Below, one piece after another: positions 39,698 to 49,787 of a stretch of 64,000 bases of DNA. The translations under genes were made by a program, and so were the position numbers. Source of the DNA: Candidatus Dormiibacterota bacterium (GTDB taxonomy: Bacteria > Chloroflexota > Dormibacteria > Aeolococcales > Aeolococcaceae); the NCBI GenBank assembly GCA_963718525.1, contig OY970355.1, positions 1,632,001 to 1,696,000 on the forward strand, written 5' to 3'. A model generated the notes under the pieces. The model was not told where the DNA came from and searched no databases. It saw only the letters and a list, made by a program, of their open reading frames with translations. How positions within the stretch are numbered: the stretch's first letter is position 1; each line of letters begins with the position of its first letter.

Positions 39698-41460
39698 CAG
39701 CTCGCCTCGACGAAGTCGAGCATGCCCATACCGAGCGGCACGATGGGATACACGTTCGCGTCGGGATCGATGTTGAAGTTGAGCAGCACCGGCCCCTTGT
39801 GCGCCATCGCCTCGTCGAGCATCCGCCCGACATCCTCGAGACGATCGGTGGACATCGCCTTCATGCCGAAGGCGTCGCCGAGCTTGACGATGTCGGGCGT
39901 GAATGTCAGGTCGACCGCCGAGCGCACGCCGTCGTAGAAGTCGTCCTGGAACTGCCGGACCATGCCGAGTGACGAGTTGTTGAGGATGATCACATTGACG
40001 TCGATGTTGTTCTCGACCATCGTCGCCATCTCCTGCATGTTCATCACGAAGCCGCCCTCGCCGGTGACGCAGAACACGGTCTTCTGCGGATTCGCGAGCT
40101 TCGCGCCCATCGATGCGGGAAACGCGTACCCCATGGTTCCGGTCCCGCCCGAATTGAGGAACATCCCAGGCTTGCGGTAGTTGAACCAGAGCGCCGCCCA
40201 GATCTGGTTCTGGCCGACGTCCGCGAGCACGATTGCCTCGTCCTCGCAGCGTGAATACATCTCCTCGAGCACCTGCTGCGGCTGGAGCAGACCGCTGTGG
40301 TTCGTGAAGCGGACGGGGTGCTCCTCCTTCCACTGGTCGATCTGCGTCAACCACTGATGCTCCCGCTTGGGCTCGACGAGCAGGTTGAGCTCGCGCAGCG
40401 CCACCTTGGCGTCGGCCACGACGCTCACGTGCGGGATGACGTTCTTGCCGATCTCCGCCGGGTCGATGTCGATGTGCACGAGGTGTTCGACGCGCGGGGC
40501 GAACGAGTTGAGCCGGGTGGTCACCCGATCGTCGCAGCGCATCCCGATCATGATCAGCACGTCCGCCTCGCAGACGGCCTTGTTGGTATAGCCGGCGCCC
40601 ATGAACCCGACCATCTGCAGGGCCATGGGGTCGGTCACCGGAAACGCACCGGTGCCGAGCAGGGTCCAGCCCACCGGGATGTGCGCCTGGTGCGCGAGCT
40701 CCGCAAGCTCCTCTTCTGCGCGGGCGATGAGCACCCCGCGACCGGCGAGGATCACCGGGCGTTTTGCCCCCTTGATGAGGTCGGCGATCTGGCGCAGCTT
40801 CGACGGGTCGGGCCGCGGCGGTGCCGGGTAGGACCGCCGTTTCACCGGGGCCTCCGGATAGTTGAACGCGGTTCTGGCCGCCTGGAGATCCTTGGGAAAG
40901 TCGATCAGGACCGGACCCGGGCGCCCGGTGCGAGCGATGTGGAACGCCTCCTTGATCGTCGGCGCGATGTCCTCGGCGCGCGTGATCAGGTACGAGTGCT
41001 TCACGACTGACATGGTCGAGCCGATGACGTCGGACTCCTGAAAACTGTCGGTCCCGATGGCCGTCGAGGGCACCTGGCCGGTGATCGCAACGACAGGGAC
41101 CGAATCCATGTACGCGGTGGCGAGCCCTGTGACGAGGTTCAGCGCGCCGGGGCCGCTGGTCGCGAAGACGACTCCGACCGACCCGCGCTTGCTGCGCGCG
41201 TAACCGTCAGCGGCATGCGCTCCGCCCTGTTCGTGGCGCACGAGGACGTGGTGGAGCTGCGGATAATCGGGAAGGTAGCGATAGAGCCAGAGGTTCGCGC
41301 CACCGGGGTATCCGAAGATCGTGTCGACACCCTCGCGGATGAGCGATTCGAGGGCGACCTGCGCGCCGGTGAGCATGCGAGGCGGCTCCGCCTGGCCGTC
41401 GGGGCTTGCTGCTGTCGTCGCGGCCGCGCTCGAGCGTTGATCCGTTCGGGCCGTGATCAC
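39697..41460 (-). CDS. ilvB: Acetolactate synthase large subunit
   Basis: FGYPGGA, RHEQG, TSGPGA, GRPGPV, DVGQNQ, SGGTGTMGY and LGMVRQ. Confidence 0.95.
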   Translation of the reverse strand: MITARTDQRSSAAATTAASPDGQAEPPRMLTGAQVALESLIREGVDTIFGYPGGANLWLYRYLPDYPQLHHVLVRHEQGGAHAADGYARSKRGSVGVVFATSGPGALNLVTGLATAYMDSVPVVAITGQVPSTAIGTDSFQESDVIGSTMSVVKHSYLITRAEDIAPTIKEAFHIARTGRPGPVLIDFPKDLQAARTAFNYPEAPVKRRSYPAPPRPDPSKLRQIADLIKGAKRPVILAGRGVLIARAEEELAELAHQAHIPVGWTLLGTGAFPVTDPMALQMVGFMGAGYTNKAVCEADVLIMIGMRCDDRVTTRLNSFAPRVEHLVHIDIDPAEIGKNVIPHVSVVADAKVALRELNLLVEPKREHQWLTQIDQWKEEHPVRFTNHSGLLQPQQVLEEMYSRCEDEAIVLADVGQNQIWAALWFNYRKPGMFLNSGGTGTMGYAFPASMGAKLANPQKTVFCVTGEGGFVMNMQEMATMVENNIDVNVIILNNSSLGMVRQFQDDFYDGVRSAVDLTFTPDIVKLGDAFGMKAMSTDRLEDVGRMLDEAMAHKGPVLLNFNIDPDANVYPIVPLGMGMLDFVEAS

Positions 41461-41654
41461 TGGTAGTAGCGGTTGAGCGATCGGCGCACGAACTCTTCGC
41501 TCTCGTCATGCCGTGGGGTGCCGGGAGCGAAACGATCTGCCCGTGCGGCGTCGAGGCGCTCGGCCTGGTTGCCATCGTCGTGGGTGCTTGCGTCCCACCG
41601 AGTTGGTGTTCCCATGCCGTCGTAGGGGGCGGGTGCCTGTCCGGGGCCGGCCAT
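41457..41654 (-). CDS. Hypothetical 65-aa protein, first ORF of the ilv-leu operon
   Basis: AGGAGG RBS 7 nt before the ATG. Its stop overlaps the ilvB GTG (GTGA). Confidence 0.6.
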   Translation of the reverse strand: MAGPGQAPAPYDGMGTPTRWDASTHDDGNQAERLDAARADRFAPGTPRHDESEEFVRRSLNRYYQ

Positions 41655-41683
41655 GACTGTTCCTCCTGTCGCGTTGTGCCGGG

Positions 41684-41720
41684 AACAACAAAAGGCCCCC
41701 TCCTGGGAGGGGGCCTTTTG
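41684..41720 (-). terminator. Attenuator terminator of the ilv-leu operon
   Basis: Perfect 15-bp inverted repeat CAAAAGGCCCCCTCC-CA-GGAGGGGGCCTTTTG, ending TTTTGTTGTT on the minus strand. Confidence 0.88.
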
Positions 41721-41745
41721 CTTGATTCCGGCTTGGGTCTTGTGC

Positions 41746-41838
41746 CTACCTGCGCACGCGACTGGCCTGAAGCATGAAAGCCCCGCTCCTAATCAGGAGC
41801 AGGCCTACCAGCAGGACCAGCGCGAAGCCGTACGACAT
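41746..41838 (-). CDS. ilv-leu leader peptide (30 aa, MSYGFALVLLVGLLLIRSGAFMLQASRVRR)
   Basis: Nine Leu/Val/Ile codons within ten consecutive codons, just upstream of the terminator. AGGAGCGGGGCTTT can pair with the terminator 5' arm. Confidence 0.82.
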   Translation of the reverse strand: MSYGFALVLLVGLLLIRSGAFMLQASRVRR

Positions 41839-41848
41839 CTCGGTGCGA

Positions 41849-41878
41849 AGAATACGGCCTGGACGCCGCTCCAGTCAA
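41849..41878 (-). promoter_or_regulatory. Promoter of the ilv-leu leader
   Basis: TTGACT-N18-TATTCT, ending 10 nt before the leader ATG. Confidence 0.6.
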
Positions 41879-41917
41879 TGCACGGAGCTGTGACGGTCGC
41901 GCCGTATGCTTCCGCGC

Positions 41918-43597
41918 ATGCCTGAAACACCGTCGACGCGACCGAGCTCGGTGATGCTGCATGGTCCTGATCGCGCGCCCGCGCGAGCGATGCTTCGAGC
42001 GATCGGCTTCAGTCGCGAGGACCTGGAACGGCCGATCATCGGCGTCGGCCACTCCTGGATCGAGACCATGCCGTGCAACTGGAACCATCGCGCCCTCGCC
42101 GAGCGGGTGAAGGACGGTGTCCGTGCGGCCGGCGGCACGCCGATGGAGTTCAACACCATCGCAGTCAGCGATGGCGTCACGATGGGAACGCAGGGGATGA
42201 AGGCGTCGCTGGTGTCACGCGACTTGATCGCCGACTCGATCGAGCTGGTCACCCGCGGGCACAGCTTCGATGGGCTCGTGCTCATCGTCGGCTGCGACAA
42301 GACGATCCCAGGGGCTGCGATGGCCTTGAGCCGCCTGGACATTCCGGGCCTTGTGCTCTACGGCGGCACCATCCAGCCGGGACACCTGCGCGGCCGCGAC
42401 CTCACGGTCCAGGATGTGTTCGAGGCCGTCGGCGCATACAACGCCGGCCGGATCGACGCCGATGAGCTACGCGCGGTGGAGGAGCACGCCTGCCCGGGAG
42501 CGGGTGCATGTGCCGGCCAGTACACGGCGAACACGATGAGCACGGCGCTCGAGTTTCTCGGGCTGTCGCCCCCGGGCGCCAATGCGGTCCCGGCGACCCA
42601 CCCCGACAAGCCGGCCGTCGCCGAGGCCGCGGGCCGGCTGGCGGTGCAGCTTGTCGAGGCGGGCATCAATCCGCGGTCGATCACCACTCGTGCCGCCTTC
42701 GAGAACGCCATCGCGTCGTTCTCTGCCACGGGTGGTTCCACCAACGCGGTACTCCATCTGCTGGCGATTGCCGTCGAGGCGGGAATCCCGCTCGAGATGG
42801 ACGACTTCGACGCCATCTGCGCGCGGACGCCGATCCTCGCCGACCTTCGCCCAGGAGGGCGCTTCGTGGCGACGGATCTCTTCGCCGCGGGAGGGCTCGG
42901 CGTGGTCATGCAGCGTCTCCTCGAGCTGGGGCTGCTGCATGGCGATGCGGTGACGGTCGACGGGCGGACCCTCGCCGAGGTCGCCGCATCGGCAACCGAG
43001 ACACCGGGACAGCAGGTGATCCGCGCGGCGGACGCGCCGCTCAACAAGCACGGAGGGATTGCGGTGCTGCGTGGGAATCTCGCCCCTGAAGGGTGTGTCG
43101 TCAAGCTCGCAGGCCACGATCGCAACTCGCATCGTGGACCGGCACGGGTCTTCGATTCGGAGGAGGAGGCGTTCGCCGCTGTTCGTGAGGGCGGCGTCCA
43201 CCCGGGCGACGTCGTCGTGATCCGCTACGAGGGGCCGGTGGGCGGTCCCGGCATGCGCGAGATGCTCGGGGTCACCGGCGCGATCGTCGGCGCAGGTCTC
43301 AGCGACTCGGTGGCGCTGATCACCGACGGCCGGTTCTCAGGCGCGACCCACGGCTTCATGCTCGCGCACATCGCCCCGGAGGCGGCGCTTGGTGGTGCGA
43401 TCGCCGCCCTTCGCGATGGGGACATGGTGAACATCGACGTGCTCGCGCGCCGTGTCGACGTCGAGCTCGATGACACGGAGATTGCAGCGCGGCTCGAGGC
43501 GTGGAAGCCGCCGGAACCACGGTATGCGACCGGCGTCTTCGCCAAATATGCGGCCACGGTGTCGTCCGCAAGCCTCGGAGCGGTTACGGGGCGCTGA
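41918..43597 (+). CDS. ilvD: Dihydroxy-acid dehydratase
   Basis: [44 protein letters not shown] and TDGRFSG. Confidence 0.96.
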   Translation: MPETPSTRPSSVMLHGPDRAPARAMLRAIGFSREDLERPIIGVGHSWIETMPCNWNHRALAERVKDGVRAAGGTPMEFNTIAVSDGVTMGTQGMKASLVSRDLIADSIELVTRGHSFDGLVLIVGCDKTIPGAAMALSRLDIPGLVLYGGTIQPGHLRGRDLTVQDVFEAVGAYNAGRIDADELRAVEEHACPGAGACAGQYTANTMSTALEFLGLSPPGANAVPATHPDKPAVAEAAGRLAVQLVEAGINPRSITTRAAFENAIASFSATGGSTNAVLHLLAIAVEAGIPLEMDDFDAICARTPILADLRPGGRFVATDLFAAGGLGVVMQRLLELGLLHGDAVTVDGRTLAEVAASATETPGQQVIRAADAPLNKHGGIAVLRGNLAPEGCVVKLAGHDRNSHRGPARVFDSEEEAFAAVREGGVHPGDVVVIRYEGPVGGPGMREMLGVTGAIVGAGLSDSVALITDGRFSGATHGFMLAHIAPEAALGGAIAALRDGDMVNIDVLARRVDVELDDTEIAARLEAWKPPEPRYATGVFAKYAATVSSASLGAVTGR

Positions 43598-44147
43598 CCC
43601 CGACCCTCCCGACCGCTCCGCGCAGTCCGCGGCAGCCGATACAGCCCGTGCAGTCGATGCAGTCGGTACATGCCACGCAGGCGATGCAGCGTGTGCAGCG
43701 GAGACACGCGATCGTCAGCACGCAGCGCCGGATGGCTGCGCTGAAGAATGTCAGGACGCTGCCGGCGACCGCCGTGCTGGCGACCGTGACTGCGCTCCTG
43801 ACCACGGCTGCGCTGAACGCGGTTGCGGCGCTTCCCGCCACGGCAGCCGAGCCGCGGGTGAGAGCCGAACCTGCAATCGCGGAGGAGTAGGAGGTCGCGG
43901 CGGAACCGGCCACGGCCGATGAGCGGCGCGTCGCGACGCTCCCCGCGACCGCTGCGCTGTCGACGGTGAGAGCGCTGCCGGCGACCGCGACGCTGCCGCT
44001 CGTGAGACCGGCGTCGCGCACCGCATCTTCCCCGTGCGGCTCCACGGAGAGCTCGCGGCGCAGCGCGAGAACGCGTGCGACCGTCACCGCTCCGAGCAGA
44101 CCGAGAGCCGCCGAAACCACGATCCGCCTACCGCGTCCGGCTGTCAT
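43584..44147 (-). CDS. Hypothetical 187-aa repeat protein (N-terminal hydrophobic helix, 12-aa repeats, CxxC ladder)
   Basis: Eight SxA(V/I)xxSxxTxx-type repeats followed by nine Cys at every third residue. TAGACT lies 7 nt before the ATG. Confidence 0.72.
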   Translation of the reverse strand: MTAGRGRRIVVSAALGLLGAVTVARVLALRRELSVEPHGEDAVRDAGLTSGSVAVAGSALTVDSAAVAGSVATRRSSAVAGSAATSYSSAIAGSALTRGSAAVAGSAATAFSAAVVRSAVTVASTAVAGSVLTFFSAAIRRCVLTIACLRCTRCIACVACTDCIDCTGCIGCRGLRGAVGRVGVSAP

Positions 44148-44169
44148 CCGAATCAGTCTAGCCCGCTGA

Positions 44170-45756
44170 CTACAGCAGCTCCGATCCGACCCCCGCCTCG
44201 ACCGGCTTGGCTCCGTCGATCTCGGACCCCACATCGAGCCCGAGCGGCTCGTCGGCGGCCGGAATCCCCCGCGCCTTGGTCCGCAGCGGGATCTCCTTGA
44301 TCAGCAGCGTCAGGAAGAACGCGATCACCAGGATCGGCACCGCTGTGAGGAAGACGACATGGAGTGACTCGGAGACGGCGTTGACGAGCCCCGTGTGAAT
44401 TGCGGCCGGGAGGTGGGCGAGTTGCGCCGGGTTGCCCTCGAGCGACGCGGGGTTGATACCCGAATGAAGCGCGCTCGCGGGCAGGTTGCGCTTGAGGTTG
44501 GATGCCAGCTGGTTGCTGAAGATCGCGCCGAAGATGGCCACACCGAACGACGCGCCCATCGAACGGAGGAACGTCGCCGAGCTGGTGCCGACACCGAGGT
44601 CTCGCTGCTCCACCGCGTTCTGGACGGCGATGACTAAAACCTGCATAACGCACCCGAGTCCGAGACCGAGCACCACCATGTAGAGGGAGAGGATCCAGCG
44701 CGGGGTCTGCGGGTCGATGGTCGACAGCAGGAAGACACCGATTGCCGCCAGCGCGGTGCCGACGACCGGAAAGATCTTGTATCGCCCGCTCCGGCTGATC
44801 AGCTGACCACTCGTGATCGATGCGACGAGCAACCCGGCCATGAGCGGGAGGATGTTCAGGCCCGAGCTCGTTGCGCTTGCACCGTCGACGAGTTGCAGGA
44901 AGACCGGAAGAAACGTGATCGCTCCGAACATCGCGAACCCGATCACGAAGCCGACGCCACTCGCGACGTTGAACACCTGGATGCGGAACAGCCGGAAGGG
45001 GAGGATCGGCTCGGCGGCCCGCCGCTCGACGACCGCGAATGCCGCCAGCATCAAAGCGCCGATGATCGCGAGACCGATGATCGGGAGCGACGCCCACGCG
45101 TACTGAGTTCCGCCCCAGGTGGTCATCAGGATGAGCGAGGACGCGCCGGCGGCCAGGAAGAAGGCCCCGAGCCAGTCGATGCTGTGCGAGATGCGGTGCG
45201 CCGGCGTCTTGAGCACGGTCGCCGTCACGCCCAGCGCCACCGCGGCGATCGGAACGTTGATGTAGAAGATCCATCGCCAGGACACGTCGTCGGTGAGGAA
45301 TCCGCCGATGACCGGCCCGGCGACACTGGCCAGCGCGAAAACGCCTCCCATCCATCCCTGGTACTTGCCGCGCTCGCGGGGCGGAACGACGTCGCCGATG
45401 ATCGCCTGGGCGCCGACCATGAGGCCGCCGGCACCGATTCCCTGGATAGCGCGGAAGCCGATGAGCTCGAGCATGTTCTGCGAGAGGCCGGCGAGCATCG
45501 AGCCGACGATGAAGATGACGATCGCCGCCTGGAACAGGAACTTACGGCCGTAGAGGTCGCCGAGCTTGCCGTAGAGAGGTGTCGAGACCGTCGAAGCGAG
45601 CAGGTACGAGGTGACCACCCAGGAGAGCTGGTTCAGACCTCCGAGATCGCCGACGATGGTCGGCAGCGACGTTGAGACAATCGTCTGATCAAGGGCTGCG
45701 AGGAGCATGCCCAGCATCAGGGCCCCGAGCACCGCGTAGATCTGGCGCTGCGTCAT
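44170..45756 (-). CDS. DHA2 (EmrB/QacA) 14-TM MFS efflux transporter
   Basis: LAALDQTIV, YGKLGDLYGRK, RAIQGIGAGG, WRWIFYINVP and DWLG. Confidence 0.92.
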   Translation of the reverse strand: MTQRQIYAVLGALMLGMLLAALDQTIVSTSLPTIVGDLGGLNQLSWVVTSYLLASTVSTPLYGKLGDLYGRKFLFQAAIVIFIVGSMLAGLSQNMLELIGFRAIQGIGAGGLMVGAQAIIGDVVPPRERGKYQGWMGGVFALASVAGPVIGGFLTDDVSWRWIFYINVPIAAVALGVTATVLKTPAHRISHSIDWLGAFFLAAGASSLILMTTWGGTQYAWASLPIIGLAIIGALMLAAFAVVERRAAEPILPFRLFRIQVFNVASGVGFVIGFAMFGAITFLPVFLQLVDGASATSSGLNILPLMAGLLVASITSGQLISRSGRYKIFPVVGTALAAIGVFLLSTIDPQTPRWILSLYMVVLGLGLGCVMQVLVIAVQNAVEQRDLGVGTSSATFLRSMGASFGVAIFGAIFSNQLASNLKRNLPASALHSGINPASLEGNPAQLAHLPAAIHTGLVNAVSESLHVVFLTAVPILVIAFFLTLLIKEIPLRTKARGIPAADEPLGLDVGSEIDGAKPVEAGVGSELL

Positions 45757-46235
45757 GCGGTGGCCCTCCGGAGCGGCTCTCCGGCGTCATCGCCCACGGT
45801 CGCGGCGATGCGCTCGGTCAGGTCGACATATGTCTGCAACTCGTCGTCATCCAGCGCCGTGAACACCTCGGCCGAGGCGCGGCGCATGCCCGCCTTGAAG
45901 CGCGCGGCGAGCTCCTTGGCACGCTCGGTCGGCACGACGTGCTGCACCCTGCGGTCGTGCTCATCGCGCACGCGGGTCACCAGCCCGCGGCGCTCGAGTT
46001 GATCGATCAGCTGGGTGGCGCCACTGAGCCCGATGCCCTGCGCCTCGGCGACCTCGCGCATGCTCATGCCATCACCGAGCAGGAGGCGACGAACCACCTC
46101 CATCTGGTGCAGAGTGGTCCCGCCGACCTCGGCGAACTCAGACTGCAGGGTGGGCGAGGCCACCTCCAGGAAGCGGCGACGCAAGTCCCCCTGGGCCGCC
46201 ATGAGGCGTTCGAGCAGGAGGGAGCGGTCCTTCAT
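45753..46235 (-). CDS. MarR-family transcriptional regulator
   Basis: SMREVAE..GIGLSGATQLIDQLERRGLVTR..DEHDRRV. Confidence 0.9.
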   Translation of the reverse strand: MKDRSLLLERLMAAQGDLRRRFLEVASPTLQSEFAEVGGTTLHQMEVVRRLLLGDGMSMREVAEAQGIGLSGATQLIDQLERRGLVTRVRDEHDRRVQHVVPTERAKELAARFKAGMRRASAEVFTALDDDELQTYVDLTERIAATVGDDAGEPLRRATA

Positions 46236-46325
46236 GGGAGAGATAATACATCACATGAAGTATTCGTGCCGCGGGTCAGCGCCCGCGCTTGGCCCGCCCG
46301 CGAAGAGATCAGGTATAAGTCCGCG

Positions 46326-47783
46326 GTGATCCAGCATCCCTCCGCGAGCTTCGCCTTCACCGCGCGGTGTCGAATCGTGAACCGCCCCGGAATGCTCGGC
46401 GAGCTCACCTCCGCCATCGGGAGCGTCGGGGGCGACATCCGCGCTGTCGACATCGTTCGCGTCGAGGGCAAGGGGATCGTCAGGGATGTCACCGTGCTCG
46501 CCGCCGACGCGGACCACGCGCAGCGGCTGATTCAGCGGATGTCGGCGGTACCGGGCGTTGAGGTGCTCGAATACTCGGACCGAACGTTCCTCGCGCACCT
46601 GGGCGGGAAGATCGAGGTGACTCCACGGCACCCCATCCGCACCCGCGACGACCTTTCGATGGTGTACACGCCCGGGGTCGCCAGGATCTGCATGGCGATC
46701 GTTGAAGATCCGCGCCGCGTCCGCAACCTGACGATCAAGCGCAACGCGGTGGCCATCGTCACCGACGGCAGCGCGGTGCTCGGCCTGGGCAACATCGGAC
46801 CCGACGCGGCGATTCCGGTGATGGAGGGCAAATCCATGCTCTTCAAGGAATTCGGGAGCGTCGATGCGTTTCCACTGTGCCTCGGCACCCAGGATGTCGA
46901 CGAGATCGTCGCGACCGTCGTCAACATCGCGCCGATCTTCGGCGGCATCAATCTCGAGGACATCGCCGCGCCGCGCTGCTTTGAGATCGAGCGCCGGCTC
47001 ACCGACGTGCTCGACATCCCGGTGTTCCATGACGATCAGCACGGCACCGCCATCGTGGTCACCGCGGCGCTGATCAACGCGCTGAAGATCGTCGGCAAAC
47101 GCCTCGAGGATGTGCGGGTGGTCTGCCTTGGCGTCGGAGCGGCGGGCACGGCCGTGACCCGCCTCCTGATCGCTGCTGGAGTTGGTCACGTCGTGGGCGT
47201 CGACCGCGCCGGAATCCTCAACGAGGACACGCCGGATCTCAGCCCCGCGCAGCAGAGCTACGCCGCGGCCACCAATCGGCAGCGACTCCGCGGCGGCCTG
47301 CGTGAAGCACTCGATGGGGCGGACGTCTTCATCGGCACCAGCGTCGGCGGTGCTTTCGACGCGGATCTCGTGCGCGTGATGGCCCCGAACCCCATCGTGT
47401 TTGCGCTTGCCAACCCCGAGCCCGAGGTGCAGCCGGAGGCGATCGAGGGGCTGGCTGCCGTGATCGCCACCGGGCGAAGCGACTACCCGAATCAGATCAA
47501 CAATGTCCTGTGCTTTCCGGGCTTCTTCCGAGGCCTGCTCGACAGCGGCGCCGCGCAGATCACCGACGGGATGAAGCTGGCGGCTGCGCGAGCGATCGCG
47601 GGTGTCGTCGGGGATGATCTCAACCCCGAATACATCATCCCGTCGGTCTTCAATCGGGACGTCGCGCCCGCGGTCGCCGCGGCCGTGATCGATGAGGCGA
47701 GGACCAGCGGACTGGCTCGTGAGTACTCGGATCTCATCGACCCGCTCCACGTGGCCGGCACGAGCCGCGAGCTCGGGCCCTGA
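46326..47783 (+). CDS. NAD(P)-dependent malic enzyme with an N-terminal ACT domain
   Basis: [43 protein letters not shown] and [12 protein letters not shown]. Confidence 0.92.
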   Translation: MIQHPSASFAFTARCRIVNRPGMLGELTSAIGSVGGDIRAVDIVRVEGKGIVRDVTVLAADADHAQRLIQRMSAVPGVEVLEYSDRTFLAHLGGKIEVTPRHPIRTRDDLSMVYTPGVARICMAIVEDPRRVRNLTIKRNAVAIVTDGSAVLGLGNIGPDAAIPVMEGKSMLFKEFGSVDAFPLCLGTQDVDEIVATVVNIAPIFGGINLEDIAAPRCFEIERRLTDVLDIPVFHDDQHGTAIVVTAALINALKIVGKRLEDVRVVCLGVGAAGTAVTRLLIAAGVGHVVGVDRAGILNEDTPDLSPAQQSYAAATNRQRLRGGLREALDGADVFIGTSVGGAFDADLVRVMAPNPIVFALANPEPEVQPEAIEGLAAVIATGRSDYPNQINNVLCFPGFFRGLLDSGAAQITDGMKLAAARAIAGVVGDDLNPEYIIPSVFNRDVAPAVAAAVIDEARTSGLAREYSDLIDPLHVAGTSRELGP

Positions 47784-47928
47784 AACCGACCCGGGCAGTT
47801 CTCCACACCTCACGGGCCGGACGGTGGGTTGGTTCGGGCTTAGGTATGTCCGGTTTTCCACAGCCAGCTGTGGAAAGGCGATGGCCTGTACGGATGCCGC
47901 TGCTATGGGTGATGCGAGAACTCGTGCA

Positions 47929-48648
47929 GTGGATATCAACCAGCACATCGACCGCATCCGTGCCGACGGCGAAGCGCTTGCGGAGGCCGCGGCAGCAGGA
48001 CCGCTCGACGTCCCCGTGCCCGGCTGTCCCGGCTGGGACGTCGAAGCACTCCTACGCCACGTCGGTGACGTGCATCGCTGGGCGACCATGATCGTTCGAG
48101 ACCGGCTTGCGGAGCGCCCGCAGCGTGATTTCGAGGGGCCGGCGGGACGCGAGGAGCTGCTGGCCTGGTACCGGGACGGCTGCGCCGCGCTGATCGACAC
48201 TCTCCAGGCCGGGTCCGAGGAGGACACGTTCTGGTACTGGGGGCCTGCGCCGAACGCGCTCGCCTTCTGGGCTCGCCGCCAGGCCAACGAGACTGCCGTC
48301 CACCGCTGCGACGCCGAGTCCGCACGCGGTCCGATCACAGCACTCACCGTGGTGGACGCGCTCGACGCCCTGGACGAGTGGTTCGGTCTCGCGGTCCGGC
48401 GGGCACGGGCACCCGAAGGCGGCGGCCGCATCCTGCGACTCGGCGCCACGGACACGGGCACCACCTGGAACCTGATCATCGGTGATCGTGTCGAGGTCAC
48501 GAGCGATCGGGGAAGGGGACACTGCGAGCTGCGCGGCACGGCGTCGGACCTATATCTCTGGTCGATGAACCGGCGCGGCACCGACGGCATCGCCGTGTCA
48601 GGTGACGACAGCCTCTTGCGGGTTTGGGCCGACAATGTCAGATTCTGA
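47929..48648 (+). CDS. Maleylpyruvate isomerase (MDMPI/DinB-like) family protein
   Basis: VPGCPGWDVEALLRHVGDVHRW and FWARRQANETAVHRCDA. Confidence 0.85.
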   Translation: MDINQHIDRIRADGEALAEAAAAGPLDVPVPGCPGWDVEALLRHVGDVHRWATMIVRDRLAERPQRDFEGPAGREELLAWYRDGCAALIDTLQAGSEEDTFWYWGPAPNALAFWARRQANETAVHRCDAESARGPITALTVVDALDALDEWFGLAVRRARAPEGGGRILRLGATDTGTTWNLIIGDRVEVTSDRGRGHCELRGTASDLYLWSMNRRGTDGIAVSGDDSLLRVWADNVRF

Positions 48649-49228
48649 GGGCTCGGACGTCGGGGCGCCGCCGAGTCCCGGCGAGCTGCGCATGCGCGCG
48701 GCCACGATCGGGGAGCCCCAACGCATCGACGGGGCCATCGAGTTGCTCCCTTATGACGACGCGTGGCCGCGTCTGTATGCGGTCGAAGCTGCGCGCGTCA
48801 CCGGCGTCCTCGGCACCAAGGCGCTGCTGCTTGAGCACGTCGGCTCCACCTCGGTGCCAGGACTGCCTGCCAAGCCCATCATCGACATGCTGCTCGTGGT
48901 CGCGGACTCGTCGGCCGAGGACGACTACGTTGCGCCCATGGAGCGCGCCGGGTACGTCCTGCGCATTCGCGAGCGCGACTGGTACGAACACCGGCTCCTC
49001 AAGGGCCCGAACGCGAGCATCAACCTGCATGTGTTCTCGTCCGGATGCGTCGAGATCGACCGGATGCTGCGCTTTCGCAACCATCTCCGGACCGATGCGT
49101 CAGACCGCGAGCTTTACGCGCAGACCAAACGCGAGCTGGCAGCGCGGCGATGGAACTACGTTCAGGAATATGCGGATGCCAAGACCGAGGTGGTGGAGGC
49201 GATCATCACCCGTGCCGGCGAGGCGTGA
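48635..49228 (+). CDS. GrpB/UPF0157-family nucleotidyltransferase-like protein
   Basis: YDDAWP, EHVGSTSVPGLPAKPIID, NLHVF, FRNHLR..Y..K..LA and YADAK. Confidence 0.88.
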   Translation: MSDSEGSDVGAPPSPGELRMRAATIGEPQRIDGAIELLPYDDAWPRLYAVEAARVTGVLGTKALLLEHVGSTSVPGLPAKPIIDMLLVVADSSAEDDYVAPMERAGYVLRIRERDWYEHRLLKGPNASINLHVFSSGCVEIDRMLRFRNHLRTDASDRELYAQTKRELAARRWNYVQEYADAKTEVVEAIITRAGEA

Positions 49229-49231
49229 TCG

Positions 49232-49753
49232 TCAGGCGCTGACGCGCACCTCGCACAGGCAGTACCGGGTCCCGTCGATCACGATCTCGTCCACGGCGGT
49301 GAAGCCGTACCGCTCGTAGTATCGGCGTATGCCGGGGTTGTCCGCGAGACAGTCGAGGCGGACGAACGACCGCCCGCGGCTGCTTGCCTCGCGGAGGCAC
49401 CATTCGACTGCGTGACGCCCTGCGCCGGCAGCCAGGCGCCGCACGGCGAATCGATGGAGATACAGCGCGTCATCGCCCGCAAACGGCCAGAAGATCGGAT
49501 CTCGTTCCAGCAGCGAGAAGGTCGCCACAGGCCTGTCTCCGCGCCACACGAGGTGCAGGCCGCCTGCGGCGATGTCGCCGCGGAGTTGAGACATTCCGAC
49601 GCTGTCGAGACCGGTGAATGAACCCGGTACCCAGCTTGGGAAGCCGTGCGACGCGCCCCAGGCGGCCACCTCTTCGATGATCGATGCGCTGACCAGCGCG
49701 TCTCGAGAGGCGGCAACTCGAAGCTCGGTGTCAGCCTCCGGACCTCGTGTCAC
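49232..49753 (-). CDS. GNAT-family acetyltransferase
   Basis: ALYLHRFAVRR..GAG and VRLDCLADNPGIRRYYERYGF. Confidence 0.8.
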   Translation of the reverse strand: MTRGPEADTELRVAASRDALVSASIIEEVAAWGASHGFPSWVPGSFTGLDSVGMSQLRGDIAAGGLHLVWRGDRPVATFSLLERDPIFWPFAGDDALYLHRFAVRRLAAGAGRHAVEWCLREASSRGRSFVRLDCLADNPGIRRYYERYGFTAVDEIVIDGTRYCLCEVRVSA

Positions 49754-49787
49754 GCGTCGAGCGTAGTCGCGCCGAGCAGGTGAGCGC

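Noticed and set aside
43452-43922. Plus-strand repetitive ORFs over the repeat protein (43452-43922 and 43501-43890)
   Set aside because: They are antisense shadows of the 36-bp/9-bp periodic minus-strand gene, overlap ilvD and lack start signals.
46251-48635. 794-aa minus-strand ORF and many other long antisense ORFs (e.g. 34168-35715, 33338-34747, 60537-61829, 62781-63977)
   Set aside because: They lie opposite well-supported genes. Stop-poor shadow frames are expected in high-GC DNA.
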